From NCBI GenBank assembly GCA_030065985.1, contig JASJCM010000012.1:136-64135 (forward strand): a DNA stretch of 64,000 nucleotides, given 5' to 3'. Source of the DNA: Woeseiaceae bacterium. Lineage in GTDB: Bacteria > Pseudomonadota > Gammaproteobacteria > Steroidobacterales > Woeseiaceae. The number at the start of each line of letters is the position of its first letter. Position 1 is the stretch's first letter. Below the pieces are notes generated by a model. That model was not told the DNA's origin. It worked only from the letters and a program-made list of their open reading frames with translations, and ran no database searches. Of the stretch, positions 39,085 to 48,321 are shown piece by piece. A program made the position numbers and the translations under genes.

Positions 39085-40251
39085 ATGGATCGCCTGCTCA
39101 AAATAGCCCGGGGCGCGACGCCGCAGTCCGGTGTCAGATTCCGCAAAGACGCGTACGGAAACGCCGGCGTCGGCGACTTCCTGCGTGACGTCCTGGCGCT
39201 CGCAAACGCGTCCGTGGAGGGTCACCGCTACATCGTTGTCGGCGTCGACTTCGATGCCAACGGCGCGCGGCGCAACTTCGAGATCGACAAGAGCGATTTC
39301 TCCGGCAAACCCTCGTACCAGGCGCTGGCCAACGAGTTCATCGAGCCTCCGATCCGGCTGCGCTACAAACCGGTCGCGATCGACGGTACCCAGGTTGGCG
39401 TTTTCGAAATCGGCGACTGCCAGGATCGTCCTTACATGATGCGTATCGACCACTCTGAAAAGCTGCGGCGCGGCGATGCGTACACGCGTATCAAGCAGAC
39501 GATCGTCAAAATGGGACGCCGGCAGCTGCAGGAGCTGTTCGAACGCAAGTTCCGCGACTCCGTGTCCGCAGGCGACATTGAAGTTGGTTTCCCTGGTGAA
39601 ATCATCCACAAGGTCCTGGACGTGCAGACGTGCGACCTGTCGCAGATGCCATCGGCGCAAGCCTCGACGAAGCTCGAACAAATGCTCGATATTCGGGATG
39701 GTGCGGCCAACTCTGGCGCAACAACAACACTCGTGCGCCTGACACATGCGCGCCTTTACGGATCCGACGATCCCTACGTCGCACGAACGCCGGCGGACCT
39801 CATCGCGGAACTCGAGCAGATCCGGCACAAGTACCAGGATGAGGACAGCTTCTTTCTCTTTGAGCAGCAGGCCCAGCCCGTGCGCGTCGTGGTCTTTCAC
39901 GATGGCAGCGAGGAGATCCGCGATGCGTCACTGACGCTGACGTTGCCAAACCACCAATCACTCTACGTCGCGACGGAGTTGCCGAAACGGCCCAAAAACG
40001 GGCGTTTCGTTGCCCGTTCCCCGGACGAGATCGCCACTTACCCGTCAGTTGCCGTCCGCGACAATAAGTTCGAGGTCAATTGCAAGATCGGCAATATCCC
40101 GGCCGGCGAACCGGTCGAGGTGCTCTCAATGCCACTTCGGGTTTGCGTTGCGTCGGAACTCGCGGGGCAGCGCTGCCGCATGAACTATGCGTTGCACGCG
40201 CAGAACTTGCGCGCGCCGGTCTCGGGGCAGTTGAAGCTGAAGTTCCGCTAA
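39085..40251 (+). CDS. AlbA_2 / Schlafen-like putative nucleic-acid-binding domain protein with an uncharacterised C-terminal half
   Basis: The N-terminal 160 aa fit the AlbA_2 pattern (LRDVLALANASVEGHRYIVVGVD...GVFEIGDCQDRPYMM...AYTRIKQTI). GC3-rich codons on the plus strand. The overlapping minus-strand ORF was rejected. Confidence 0.6.
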   Translation: MDRLLKIARGATPQSGVRFRKDAYGNAGVGDFLRDVLALANASVEGHRYIVVGVDFDANGARRNFEIDKSDFSGKPSYQALANEFIEPPIRLRYKPVAIDGTQVGVFEIGDCQDRPYMMRIDHSEKLRRGDAYTRIKQTIVKMGRRQLQELFERKFRDSVSAGDIEVGFPGEIIHKVLDVQTCDLSQMPSAQASTKLEQMLDIRDGAANSGATTTLVRLTHARLYGSDDPYVARTPADLIAELEQIRHKYQDEDSFFLFEQQAQPVRVVVFHDGSEEIRDASLTLTLPNHQSLYVATELPKRPKNGRFVARSPDEIATYPSVAVRDNKFEVNCKIGNIPAGEPVEVLSMPLRVCVASELAGQRCRMNYALHAQNLRAPVSGQLKLKFR

Positions 40252-40252
40252 C

Positions 40253-40822
40253 TCAGGCGGTCCATTTCTCCACGTGCGGCGCGGTATAGCGCTCGAACTG
40301 CTGTATCAGTCCCGCAGGTTCACTATCGACCAGGAGCATGTCGCGGTTCTCGCGGCGCAGGAATCCTTCCCTGTTGGCGTGGTCGAGATAGGCCAGCAGG
40401 TGATCGAAGTAGCCGTCCGTGTTCAGCAGACCACAGGGCTTGTCATGAAAGCGCAGCTGGCCCCAAGTAATGATCTCGATGATCTCCTCGAGCGTGCCGT
40501 AGCCGCCGGGCATCGCTATGAAACCGTCCGAGAGGGCCGCCATCATGGTCTTGCGTTCGTGCATTGACGCAACGACATGGAGTTCAGTCAGACTCTGATG
40601 GGCCAGTTCCTTTTCGGTGAGCATCTTCGGAATGACGCCATGGACCTTGCCGCCAAGCTCCAGCATCGTGTCGGCAATGATGCCCATGATGCCTTTGTCG
40701 GCACCGCCGTAGACAAGCTCGAGTTCGTGCCGCACCAGCACATCGGCCAGTTCTCGCGCAGCATTAGCGTAGTTGGGCCGCTTACCCGTGTTCGAGCCGC
40801 AGTAGACACAAACGCGGCGCAT
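40253..40822 (-). CDS. LOG family nucleotide 5'-monophosphate nucleosidase (TIGR00730)
   Basis: 189 aa. Motifs VYGGADKGIMG and PGGYGTLEE. Confidence 0.88.
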   Translation of the reverse strand: MRRVCVYCGSNTGKRPNYANAARELADVLVRHELELVYGGADKGIMGIIADTMLELGGKVHGVIPKMLTEKELAHQSLTELHVVASMHERKTMMAALSDGFIAMPGGYGTLEEIIEIITWGQLRFHDKPCGLLNTDGYFDHLLAYLDHANREGFLRRENRDMLLVDSEPAGLIQQFERYTAPHVEKWTA

Positions 40823-40825
40823 TGC

Positions 40826-41398
40826 TCAGGCCGACTTCTTCGGTGACTTCACGCGATGCACGATATCGGCGATTTCAGGGCGGTGTTCCTGCAGCTCTTC
40901 GGGAGAGAGCGCATCCAGCTCGTGCGGAAAGACCAGCCATTCTTCGGTCTCGCGCAGGAAATAATCGGGCGTCAGATCGGTCTCGTTGCGACTTGGCTTG
41001 AACCAGGGCACCGCAACCCGGACATCGTCGGGCGTGTTGTCGCGCGCCCGTTTCCGGAGCTCGTCAATGACAGCCTTGATTGTGTTGCCCGTGTCGAAGA
41101 CATCATCGACGATCAGTACGCGATCGTCGTAGTTGATCTTCTTGATGATGTAGTTGAGGCCATGTACGGCTACGTGGCCACGCTGGTCGACGCCTGTGTA
41201 CGAAGACGTACGAATTGCAATGTGGTCGGATGCAATGCCGCAGTAGGCCAGCGTCTCCTGCAGCGCCATACCAACCGGGGTCCCGCCGCGCCAGATTGCA
41301 ATGATCAGGGTTGGCTCGAAACCACTCTCAAGAATCTGGATCCCGAGTTCGATGGAGTCTTCAAGGAGGTCCTGCGCGGAAATTACGGTCTTGTGCAT
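40826..41398 (-). CDS. phosphoribosyltransferase (purine PRT-like), paralogue A
   Basis: 190 aa. PRPP-binding motif VLIVDDVFDTGNT. Confidence 0.8.
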   Translation of the reverse strand: MHKTVISAQDLLEDSIELGIQILESGFEPTLIIAIWRGGTPVGMALQETLAYCGIASDHIAIRTSSYTGVDQRGHVAVHGLNYIIKKINYDDRVLIVDDVFDTGNTIKAVIDELRKRARDNTPDDVRVAVPWFKPSRNETDLTPDYFLRETEEWLVFPHELDALSPEELQEHRPEIADIVHRVKSPKKSA

Positions 41399-41457
41399 TT
41401 TTGTTATCTATAATGGCCGTCCACATTCTAGCGCAGCACGCCCCGGGTACAAGAACA

Positions 41458-42063
41458 ATGAATGAGCGATTTATCGCAGCCGACGACCTGCTCCGGGATT
41501 CGTTCCAGCTGGCAGCCAATATCTACGCGGCGGGGTTCAAGCCCGATTTCCTGGTTGGCTTGTGGCGTGGCGGCAGCTCCGTCGGCATCGCCGTACAGGA
41601 AGGCCTCGACTACTTTGGCATCAAGACCGATCACATTGCGATTCGTACGTCGTATACGGGGGCCCGTGATTACTCGCAGATGGTCAGCAAAGCGGACTCG
41701 ATTCGCGTTCATGGCCTGCAGTACCTGCTCGAAAACCTGTGTTCGCACCACTCCATGCTGATCATCGACGATGTCTACAGTACGGGGTCCAGCGTCAATG
41801 CCGTGATCCAGCAATTGACGCGCAAGACACGCCGCAACCTGCCGCACGACATCCGCATCGGCACAGTCTGGTACCGGCCGTCTGACAAGACCTTACGCAC
41901 GCCGGAGTATTTCGTGCATGAAACCGATGACTGGCTCGTGCTGCCGTACGAGATGTCGGGCTTCTCAATCGCGGAACTTCGGGAAAATCGCCCGGAGATG
42001 GCTGGCCTGTTCAAGCGCCTCGCACCGCACGTCGGCAACGAGGACGACCTTCCCGTCGGATGA
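41458..42063 (+). CDS. phosphoribosyltransferase (purine PRT-like), paralogue B
   Basis: Start trimmed to the ATG at 41458 (MNERFIAADDLL). PRPP motif MLIIDDVYSTGSS. Colinear with paralogue A and roughly 40% identical by eye. Confidence 0.78.
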   Translation: MNERFIAADDLLRDSFQLAANIYAAGFKPDFLVGLWRGGSSVGIAVQEGLDYFGIKTDHIAIRTSYTGARDYSQMVSKADSIRVHGLQYLLENLCSHHSMLIIDDVYSTGSSVNAVIQQLTRKTRRNLPHDIRIGTVWYRPSDKTLRTPEYFVHETDDWLVLPYEMSGFSIAELRENRPEMAGLFKRLAPHVGNEDDLPVG

Positions 42064-43205
42064 GCGACAACCGCGAGTTCCTGCGTTTCCTGTTCGATGC
42101 AGCGGTCGTTGCCGCGAGTCCGGCCGCGTGTATGCCACTCTGGCTGGAAGAACGACCGAAAGGTAACGTGGTCGTCGTCGGCGCGGGCAAAGCGGCGGCG
42201 AGTATGGCGGCGATTGTCGAACAACAGTGGGCCGCGCCGCTCTCGGGCCTGGTCATCGTTCCTTATGGCCACGGCGCAGACTGCGATCAGATCGAGGTAG
42301 TCGAGGCCGCCCACCCGGTGCCCGACGACAGCGGCGTCGCGGCGACACGACGCATTCTGGAGCTCGTTTCGGACCTCGGCGATGAAGACACCGTTCTCTG
42401 CCTGCTCTCCGGCGGAGGCTCGTCGCTGCTGTGCGCGCCTGCCGAGGGAATTACGCTTGCCGAGAAACAGGCGGAGACTCAGGCACTGCTCAAGAGCGGA
42501 GCAGCGATTCACGAGATCAATGCCAGGCGCCGTGAGCTCTCGGCCGTCAAGGGCGGCAAATTGGCGGAAGCCTGCGAACCCGCATCCGTAATCACATTGA
42601 TCATCTCGGACGTGCCCGGCAATGATCCGTCAGTCGTTGCGTCGGGACCTACCATCGTGGACGCGGTGAGTGCGCGGGATGCCGACGTACGTATTCTCGC
42701 AACGAGCGACGATGCGTTGCAGGCTGCGGCTTTGCGTGCGCTCGAGCAGGACATCAACCCATACATACTCGGCGACCTCGCCGGCGACGCCCGGGAACTG
42801 GCCGAGGAACATGCGGAACTCGCCCTCGATATTGCTGCGGGCAATGGCCCCGTCGAACCACCTTGCGTAATCCTCTCTGGCGGCGAAACGACCGTACACG
42901 TCACCGGAACCGGCCGAGGCGGTCGCAACAGCGAGTACGGGTTGGCGCTTACAGTTGCGTTGGACGGTCACCCGGGGATTTCGGCCATTGCTTGCGACAC
43001 CGACGGCATCGACGGTGCCGGCGACAATGCGGGAGTTTTTGTGCTGCCTGACACACTCGCTCGCACTGCCGATGACGCCCGCGCGATGCAGGCCAATAAC
43101 GATAGCTATGCGTTCTTCGAGCGCGTCGGCGATCTCGTGATGACGGGGCCGACGCGCACCAACGTCAACGACTTTCGCGCGATTCTCGTCCGTTCAGAAG
43201 GCTAG
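42060..43205 (+). CDS. glycerate 2-kinase / hydroxypyruvate reductase-like (DUF4147 + MOFRL)
   Basis: 381 aa. Motifs VVVGAGKAAASMA, LLSGGGSSLL, SGGETTV and GGRNSE. ATGA overlap with PRT-B. Confidence 0.78.
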   Translation: MSDNREFLRFLFDAAVVAASPAACMPLWLEERPKGNVVVVGAGKAAASMAAIVEQQWAAPLSGLVIVPYGHGADCDQIEVVEAAHPVPDDSGVAATRRILELVSDLGDEDTVLCLLSGGGSSLLCAPAEGITLAEKQAETQALLKSGAAIHEINARRRELSAVKGGKLAEACEPASVITLIISDVPGNDPSVVASGPTIVDAVSARDADVRILATSDDALQAAALRALEQDINPYILGDLAGDARELAEEHAELALDIAAGNGPVEPPCVILSGGETTVHVTGTGRGGRNSEYGLALTVALDGHPGISAIACDTDGIDGAGDNAGVFVLPDTLARTADDARAMQANNDSYAFFERVGDLVMTGPTRTNVNDFRAILVRSEG

Positions 43206-43795
43206 AGCGACACCGAGTCACCGCTCTCGCGGACCTCCTCGAGCGCCTTTATCAGCACCGTGTGTTCGCGGTCGGCCATGCCGCTGCGAATATAACGCTC
43301 GGCCGCATCACAAACAGCCTGCAGTCGCCGATTGCTCTCGACCAGCGAGCCAATGCCCTCTTCCGATCCCTCGATAATGCTGCCGTCGCCGACCGGCAGG
43401 GTCTTGAGCAGTGCATCGATCAGGTCGCTCGACGTGACGATGCCGACGATCTCGCGATCGCCCTGCACGACGGGCAAGGCATGGAAGCCGCTGCCATAGA
43501 GAATTTCGGCCGCGTCGCGCAGATTGGCGCTGACGTCGATGACCACGGGTCGTTCGTGCATGATCTGGCCGACCGTCGCGTTGGCCGTTGCGGTCGCATG
43601 GTCTTGCAGCAGATACAGCTTGTGCAGGTCAGCGGACGACAGCATGCCAACCAGCTTGCCCTCGTCGACCACGGGCAAGTGGTGAATCTTCTTCAACGCA
43701 AACAGCTTGCGCGCGTCGGCAACGCTGTCCCCATGCCCGATGACAACCGGGTCGGGCGTCATGATTCGATCGATGGACTGATCTCGCATAGTCAC
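43202..43795 (-). CDS. CBS-pair domain protein
   Basis: Two CBS repeats (HHLPVVDEGKLVGMLSSADL and HALPVVQGDREIVGIVTSSDL) plus a roughly 50-aa C-terminal tail. Confidence 0.8.
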   Translation of the reverse strand: MTMRDQSIDRIMTPDPVVIGHGDSVADARKLFALKKIHHLPVVDEGKLVGMLSSADLHKLYLLQDHATATANATVGQIMHERPVVIDVSANLRDAAEILYGSGFHALPVVQGDREIVGIVTSSDLIDALLKTLPVGDGSIIEGSEEGIGSLVESNRRLQAVCDAAERYIRSGMADREHTVLIKALEEVRESGDSVSL

Positions 43796-43885
43796 TTCCG
43801 TTTCGGTAATCCGAGACTATGAATTCATTGCAACGCCTCCATCTAGTCGGGAACATACGTACAAAAGCTCCAGATGAGGCTCGTC

Positions 43886-44323
43886 ATGCAGGATCTACCG
43901 CATCTCTACACTGTCACTGCCAGCGCCGCCGGCAGCAATAACGTCATTCTCGCCAGCGCAGGCGTATCCGATATCGAGTCGGCCGGACCGCCCGAATTTG
44001 GGGGCCCTGGCGATGTCTGGTCGCCCGAAGGCCTGCTCGTGGCCGCGGTTGCCGATTGTTTCGTCCTGACATTCCGCGGCATCGCCCGGGCAGCGAAACT
44101 CGACTGGCTGACGCTCGAATGTCGGGCCGACGGCACGCTCGACAAGCTCGATGGCATGACCCAGTTCACCGAGTTCAGGGTGACGGCCGAGCTGACCGTG
44201 CCGCCGGGCACGAATGAGAAGAAAGCCGCGACGATCCTGCAGAAGGCCGAGAAGTACTGCCTGATCACGAATTCCATGAAAGCCGAGTCACATCTCGACG
44301 CCAGCGTAATAGTTGGAGACTGA
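43886..44323 (+). CDS. OsmC/Ohr family protein
   Basis: Start trimmed to MQDLPHLYTV. Contains SPEGLLVAAVADCF plus a second conserved Cys (KYCLITNS). Confidence 0.75.
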   Translation: MQDLPHLYTVTASAAGSNNVILASAGVSDIESAGPPEFGGPGDVWSPEGLLVAAVADCFVLTFRGIARAAKLDWLTLECRADGTLDKLDGMTQFTEFRVTAELTVPPGTNEKKAATILQKAEKYCLITNSMKAESHLDASVIVGD

Positions 44324-44353
44324 CGCCAGTCCAAACTGGTATCGTAGGCGCCG

Positions 44354-44944
44354 ATGGCGACTGCGGAAAAACTGCTGCACGAAGCGTACTTCGCGTTTAA
44401 CAGCATCAGCTACGGCGAGACGCCGGACAACAAGCGCAATAAACGGCGCGCCACACGGCTGTGCCACAGAATCCTGCGCAAGTTTCCGGGAACCACGGAG
44501 GCCGCCGAAGCGCATGCAATCCTGATGCGCCTCGGCGAAGAAGCCTATACGTCGCTGCTGACAGAACAGCACAAGCACGTTAGCCAGACACAACATCACG
44601 CAGCGCAGCCCGGAGACAGGCATCGCCACAATTCCCAGCGCGAGCACCATCGTCCTCTAACAGCGCCGCAGACGCTTGTTTCTGCAAACGACCAGTCGGT
44701 TGAGACGGTCAATTGGGCAGGACTGATCGGCTGGCTCGTGTCGCTACCCCGCTTCGTTCTCGCAATCATACTGATCGGCGGGTTCTACCTGTTCGGTCTT
44801 TTCGGGCCGCTGCTGTTCGTGCCACTGATCCTGCTCGTATTATTCACCGGTCCGTTTCGCGGCATGCTCAAGCCTGAACAGCGACTACAGATCGACGACA
44901 TGGTCGCGCGGATCAATAGCGCCATCGAGGAGCGCAGCGGGTAA
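44354..44944 (+). CDS. hypothetical membrane protein
   Basis: 196 aa. Soluble N-terminal domain, a His/Gln-rich linker and two C-terminal TM helices. Confidence 0.45.
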   Translation: MATAEKLLHEAYFAFNSISYGETPDNKRNKRRATRLCHRILRKFPGTTEAAEAHAILMRLGEEAYTSLLTEQHKHVSQTQHHAAQPGDRHRHNSQREHHRPLTAPQTLVSANDQSVETVNWAGLIGWLVSLPRFVLAIILIGGFYLFGLFGPLLFVPLILLVLFTGPFRGMLKPEQRLQIDDMVARINSAIEERSG

Positions 44945-45475
44945 TCCCTGATCAACGCCGCAACAGAAGTTTGCCTCGCTTACGTTAATGCCATCTCGTA
45001 ACTTGAATGCGTCGCGAAAGTCTTGCGGCGACTGCAAATAGTATTCACACAGTCTCTCCGCCGTGCCGGCCAGCGTAAATTGATCTGCGTAGTAACCGTG
45101 AAATGTCCTGTCCCGGAAACTCCAGTAGTAAGTTCGGCCTCCCGTCAAAACTCGGAAATGTGGGTCTCGCCACACCGGGTTGAGTCTCGGTGTTCGATCT
45201 TGTAGTGCCCTGCGCAGCATCCTCCCGACATTCAGCTGGTCTGGCGAAGCCACGAAAATACTCTGGCTGTCATCGAAGATGCAGGCGTTCTCGGAATCGG
45301 GGAGCTTTGCCAATTCAGTCGCTACGATGTCGCCAAAATCGGTCTCGTACAAAAGCCTCGCGATGGGCGTACCCCACCTCGGGAGCGTCAACACCGCCAG
45401 CGCGAGCGAGGCCAGGAGCGCCATCGACGCAACGGCCCAAAGTACCGCTTTGCTTAGCCAGTGCATGCGTCGCAA
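44885..45475 (-). CDS. hypothetical signal-anchored protein
   Basis: 196 aa with an N-terminal hydrophobic anchor. Its 3' end overlaps the convergent gene by 60 nt. Confidence 0.45.
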   Translation of the reverse strand: MRRMHWLSKAVLWAVASMALLASLALAVLTLPRWGTPIARLLYETDFGDIVATELAKLPDSENACIFDDSQSIFVASPDQLNVGRMLRRALQDRTPRLNPVWRDPHFRVLTGGRTYYWSFRDRTFHGYYADQFTLAGTAERLCEYYLQSPQDFRDAFKLRDGINVSEANFCCGVDQGLPAALLDGAIDPRDHVVDL

Positions 45476-45479
45476 CGAC

Positions 45480-45962
45480 TCAGTTCAGGAACGGCGAGTC
45501 CGTAAACAGCCGCCGCTCATGTTTTGCTGCCCGACCGAACAGCCACCCGGACAGTAGCCAGAACACCGAGAAGATCCCGGTCAGCACGAGTATGTCCCGT
45601 GGCCAGATCGGACCCGACGCACCAAGGTCGGTCGCGATCGCAAACGCCGCCACAGACACCTGCGCAAGCGCGGTCGCATACAGCGCCAATGCCATGCCCC
45701 TGGCGCGGAACCGGGCGATGAACGAACCCAGCGCAGCGACGGCAAGCACGCCGAAGAACAACAGGTTAGCGTCGTTCTCCTCGTTACCAATAATGCCAAC
45801 GGCGCCGTTAACCCAGGCAAGGAAGAACGCGCCTAGCACCGCAATGACCGCGGCACTGCGGTAAGCACGATTGCGCGACCGTCGTCGCGCCATTAGCACA
45901 ATGGCCAGCACGACGGTCACCATCGTGCCAAACGTCAGAATATCGAGCAGATCCCAGTTCAT
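45480..45962 (-). CDS. hypothetical membrane protein
   Basis: 160 aa with four to five TM helices. Lies 4 nt upstream of the next gene. Confidence 0.5.
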   Translation of the reverse strand: MNWDLLDILTFGTMVTVVLAIVLMARRRSRNRAYRSAAVIAVLGAFFLAWVNGAVGIIGNEENDANLLFFGVLAVAALGSFIARFRARGMALALYATALAQVSVAAFAIATDLGASGPIWPRDILVLTGIFSVFWLLSGWLFGRAAKHERRLFTDSPFLN

Positions 45963-46080
45963 TCCGTTCTCCTCACGAGCCAGTCACCCTCGAGTTTCCC
46001 GCTCCAATATGGCGATGACCTGCCCGAAAAGTGGCGCGCGAATGACAACCACTGCTGCTGCGCCCCAAGGGCAGGCGCCG

Positions 46081-46557
46081 CTATTTCCCGGGCCGCCACT
46101 CGACTCCGCCCAGGTACTTCGAGATCTCCGACCTCAGGTAACTGGCGCCCCAGAATTTCATTCTGTACCAATAGATAGCGGTTCCAGACGCGATCACGGC
46201 GGCCACAGCATTGAAATACTCTCGCAAGTAGACAAGGTATATCGCTAACGCCAGCAAGAAAACAGCTGCTACGACTAACGTCCCAAGTGGCCAGGCGCCG
46301 AATGTCGTAGTCAAGAACACGACGGACCCGCCCCCATCGTCGTCAGCAACCTTTCCGGATGCGACAACAGTCGAACCCATCCCGGCCGTTCTCGAGACCT
46401 GGAACTGGTCGCCATCCACGCGCGTATAGGTTCGATTAACGGCACCGGCGACAATCCTGCCGGCCATGAATCCAGACCCTCGTTCCTTGGGCATGCTGTC
46501 CAGCGCGCTTATGACCTCAGCCGCTGACATTGTGGACCTAGCCGTATGCTTCATCAC
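46081..46557 (-). CDS. hypothetical membrane protein
   Basis: 158 aa with two C-terminal TM helices. The start is either 46557 (20-nt overlap with the guaD stop) or the ATG at 46530. Confidence 0.45.
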   Translation of the reverse strand: MMKHTARSTMSAAEVISALDSMPKERGSGFMAGRIVAGAVNRTYTRVDGDQFQVSRTAGMGSTVVASGKVADDDGGGSVVFLTTTFGAWPLGTLVVAAVFLLALAIYLVYLREYFNAVAAVIASGTAIYWYRMKFWGASYLRSEISKYLGGVEWRPGK

Positions 46558-47827
46558 CCAGGATCCAGGTGCTTGCTACGTTTCGATCGTCGGCGAGTGT
46601 CATTAGCGCGAACAGCTTCTCGTCGATCGAAGCAGCGGCGCGCATGCGCCGCGCGGTCAGCGGCGAGCCCTCGAAATCAAGCATAGTGAAGTCCGCTTCC
46701 TTGCCGGGTACGAAGTTGCCAATCTTGTCATCAAGGTACAGCGCCTCCGCGGCACCCAGTGTCGCAAGGTAGAGGGCGCGCATCGCAGGCAGCGCGTGTT
46801 CCTGAAGGTGGAGCACCTTGTATGCTTCGCTGGCCGTCGCCAGCAGGGACAGGCTCGTGCCACCGCCAACATCGGTGCCAAGACCGCAGCGGATGCCGGC
46901 GGCACGCATCGCTGGCAGGTCAAACAGGCCGCTGCCGAGGAACAGGTTGGACGTGGGACAGAACGCTGCCGCACCGCCCTTCTTCGACATCGTCGCACGA
47001 TCTTCGTCGTCCATATGCAGGCAATGTGCGAACACTGCACGCTCGCGAAGCAGGTCGAACTGGTCGTAAACGTCGAGGTAACTGCGGCTGTCCGGAAACT
47101 GCCGCGCGATTTCCTCGATTTCGTCGTGATTCTCGGCGAGATGCGTGTGGATCCAGACGTCGGGATGCTCGGCGGCAAGCCGGCCGGCCATCGCGAGCTG
47201 CTCCGCCGACGAAGTCAGAGCAAACCGCGGCGTGATCGCATAACCCAGCCTGCCGTTGCCGTGCCAGCGATCGATCAGCGCTTTGCTTTCCGCGTAACCG
47301 GTTTCCGAATCGTCGCGCAGTTCGTCCGGGCAATTGCTGTCCATCAGTACCTTGCCGGCAACCAGGCGCATGCCCCTGGCGCCTGCGGCTTCGAAGATCG
47401 CATCGGCCGAATGCGCGTGCACGGTGCCGAATACGAGCGCCGTCGTGGTGCCGTTGCGCAGCAGTTCGTCGACGAAAGCATGCGCAACATCGCGCGCGTA
47501 GCCAGGGTCAGCGAACTTCATCTCGGCCGGGTAGGCGTACTGGTTCAGCCAGTCGAGCAACTGCGCGCCGTACGAACCAATAATGTCGAGCTGTGGAAAG
47601 TGCACGTGGCAGTCAATGAATCCGGGAACGATCAGCTTGCCGGTGTGATCGAGTACCTGTGAATCCGCTGGAAGCCTGCCCAGCAGCACGTCGGTCGGGC
47701 CGACTTCCGCAACATGACCTGCGTCAACAACAAGCAAGCCGTCTTCGAAGTATTCGAATGCGGCCGGATTGGACTTCTCCCCGGGGTCTGCGAGGCAGTG
47801 AAGCACCGATGCTCGCAGCGCCTGCAC
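46538..47827 (-). CDS. guaD: guanine deaminase
   Basis: 429 aa with a GTG start. Motifs IDCHVHFPQ and GTDVGGGTS. Confidence 0.82.
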   Translation of the reverse strand: MQALRASVLHCLADPGEKSNPAAFEYFEDGLLVVDAGHVAEVGPTDVLLGRLPADSQVLDHTGKLIVPGFIDCHVHFPQLDIIGSYGAQLLDWLNQYAYPAEMKFADPGYARDVAHAFVDELLRNGTTTALVFGTVHAHSADAIFEAAGARGMRLVAGKVLMDSNCPDELRDDSETGYAESKALIDRWHGNGRLGYAITPRFALTSSAEQLAMAGRLAAEHPDVWIHTHLAENHDEIEEIARQFPDSRSYLDVYDQFDLLRERAVFAHCLHMDDEDRATMSKKGGAAAFCPTSNLFLGSGLFDLPAMRAAGIRCGLGTDVGGGTSLSLLATASEAYKVLHLQEHALPAMRALYLATLGAAEALYLDDKIGNFVPGKEADFTMLDFEGSPLTARRMRAAASIDEKLFALMTLADDRNVASTWILGDEAYG

Positions 47828-48315
47828 TACACGCTCTCCAGCATCACGGTCTCGTCGAGCATGTGTTCCTCACAGTTCGGCTCAATCCCACCACGATCGA
47901 CAATCAGGAACTCCTGGCCAGCATCGAATGCGATTAGCGGCATATGCCAGGTACCGCGATGGTAGTTAATGCCCTGCTTGCCGTTGGTCACGAACGCGCG
48001 TAAATCCGCGGCGTCCACGCTTTCGCCCGGTGGCGCCACGACGACGACCATGCGACAGGGCGTGAGAGGCACGAACGCCTGGCTGCCGCGCGGGTGGCGC
48101 TCAACCATGTCGACACGCAACGGCAGCAACGTTGGCGTACGGCACCGCGTGACGCTGATCGCAACATCGCCCTCGATATTTACGTTGCACAGGTTATCGA
48201 ACCGCTCAAAGCGCGCTTCGTTCATCGCGCTCGCAGCCTGGTGCGATGATTCAATGACGTCGCCGTAGGGCGCGAACCTTTCTCGGGTCAGGGGCTCCGG
48301 GCGCAACGAGATCAC
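47827..48315 (-). CDS. allA: ureidoglycolate lyase
   Basis: 162 aa. N-terminus EPLTRERFAPYGDVIE is AllA-like. Confidence 0.8.
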   Translation of the reverse strand: MISLRPEPLTRERFAPYGDVIESSHQAASAMNEARFERFDNLCNVNIEGDVAISVTRCRTPTLLPLRVDMVERHPRGSQAFVPLTPCRMVVVVAPPGESVDAADLRAFVTNGKQGINYHRGTWHMPLIAFDAGQEFLIVDRGGIEPNCEEHMLDETVMLESV

Positions 48316-48321
48316 AATCTG

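Noticed and set aside
39010-39900. 296-aa minus-strand ORF overlapping the AlbA_2-like gene.
   Set aside because: Its translation is Arg/Val/Cys-rich with no motifs. The plus frame has GC3-rich codon usage and an AlbA_2-like motif order.
41775-42512. 245-aa minus-strand ORF spanning the PRT-B / glycerate kinase junction.
   Set aside because: It is antisense to two well-supported plus-strand genes joined by an ATGA overlap, and its composition is typical of a shadow ORF.
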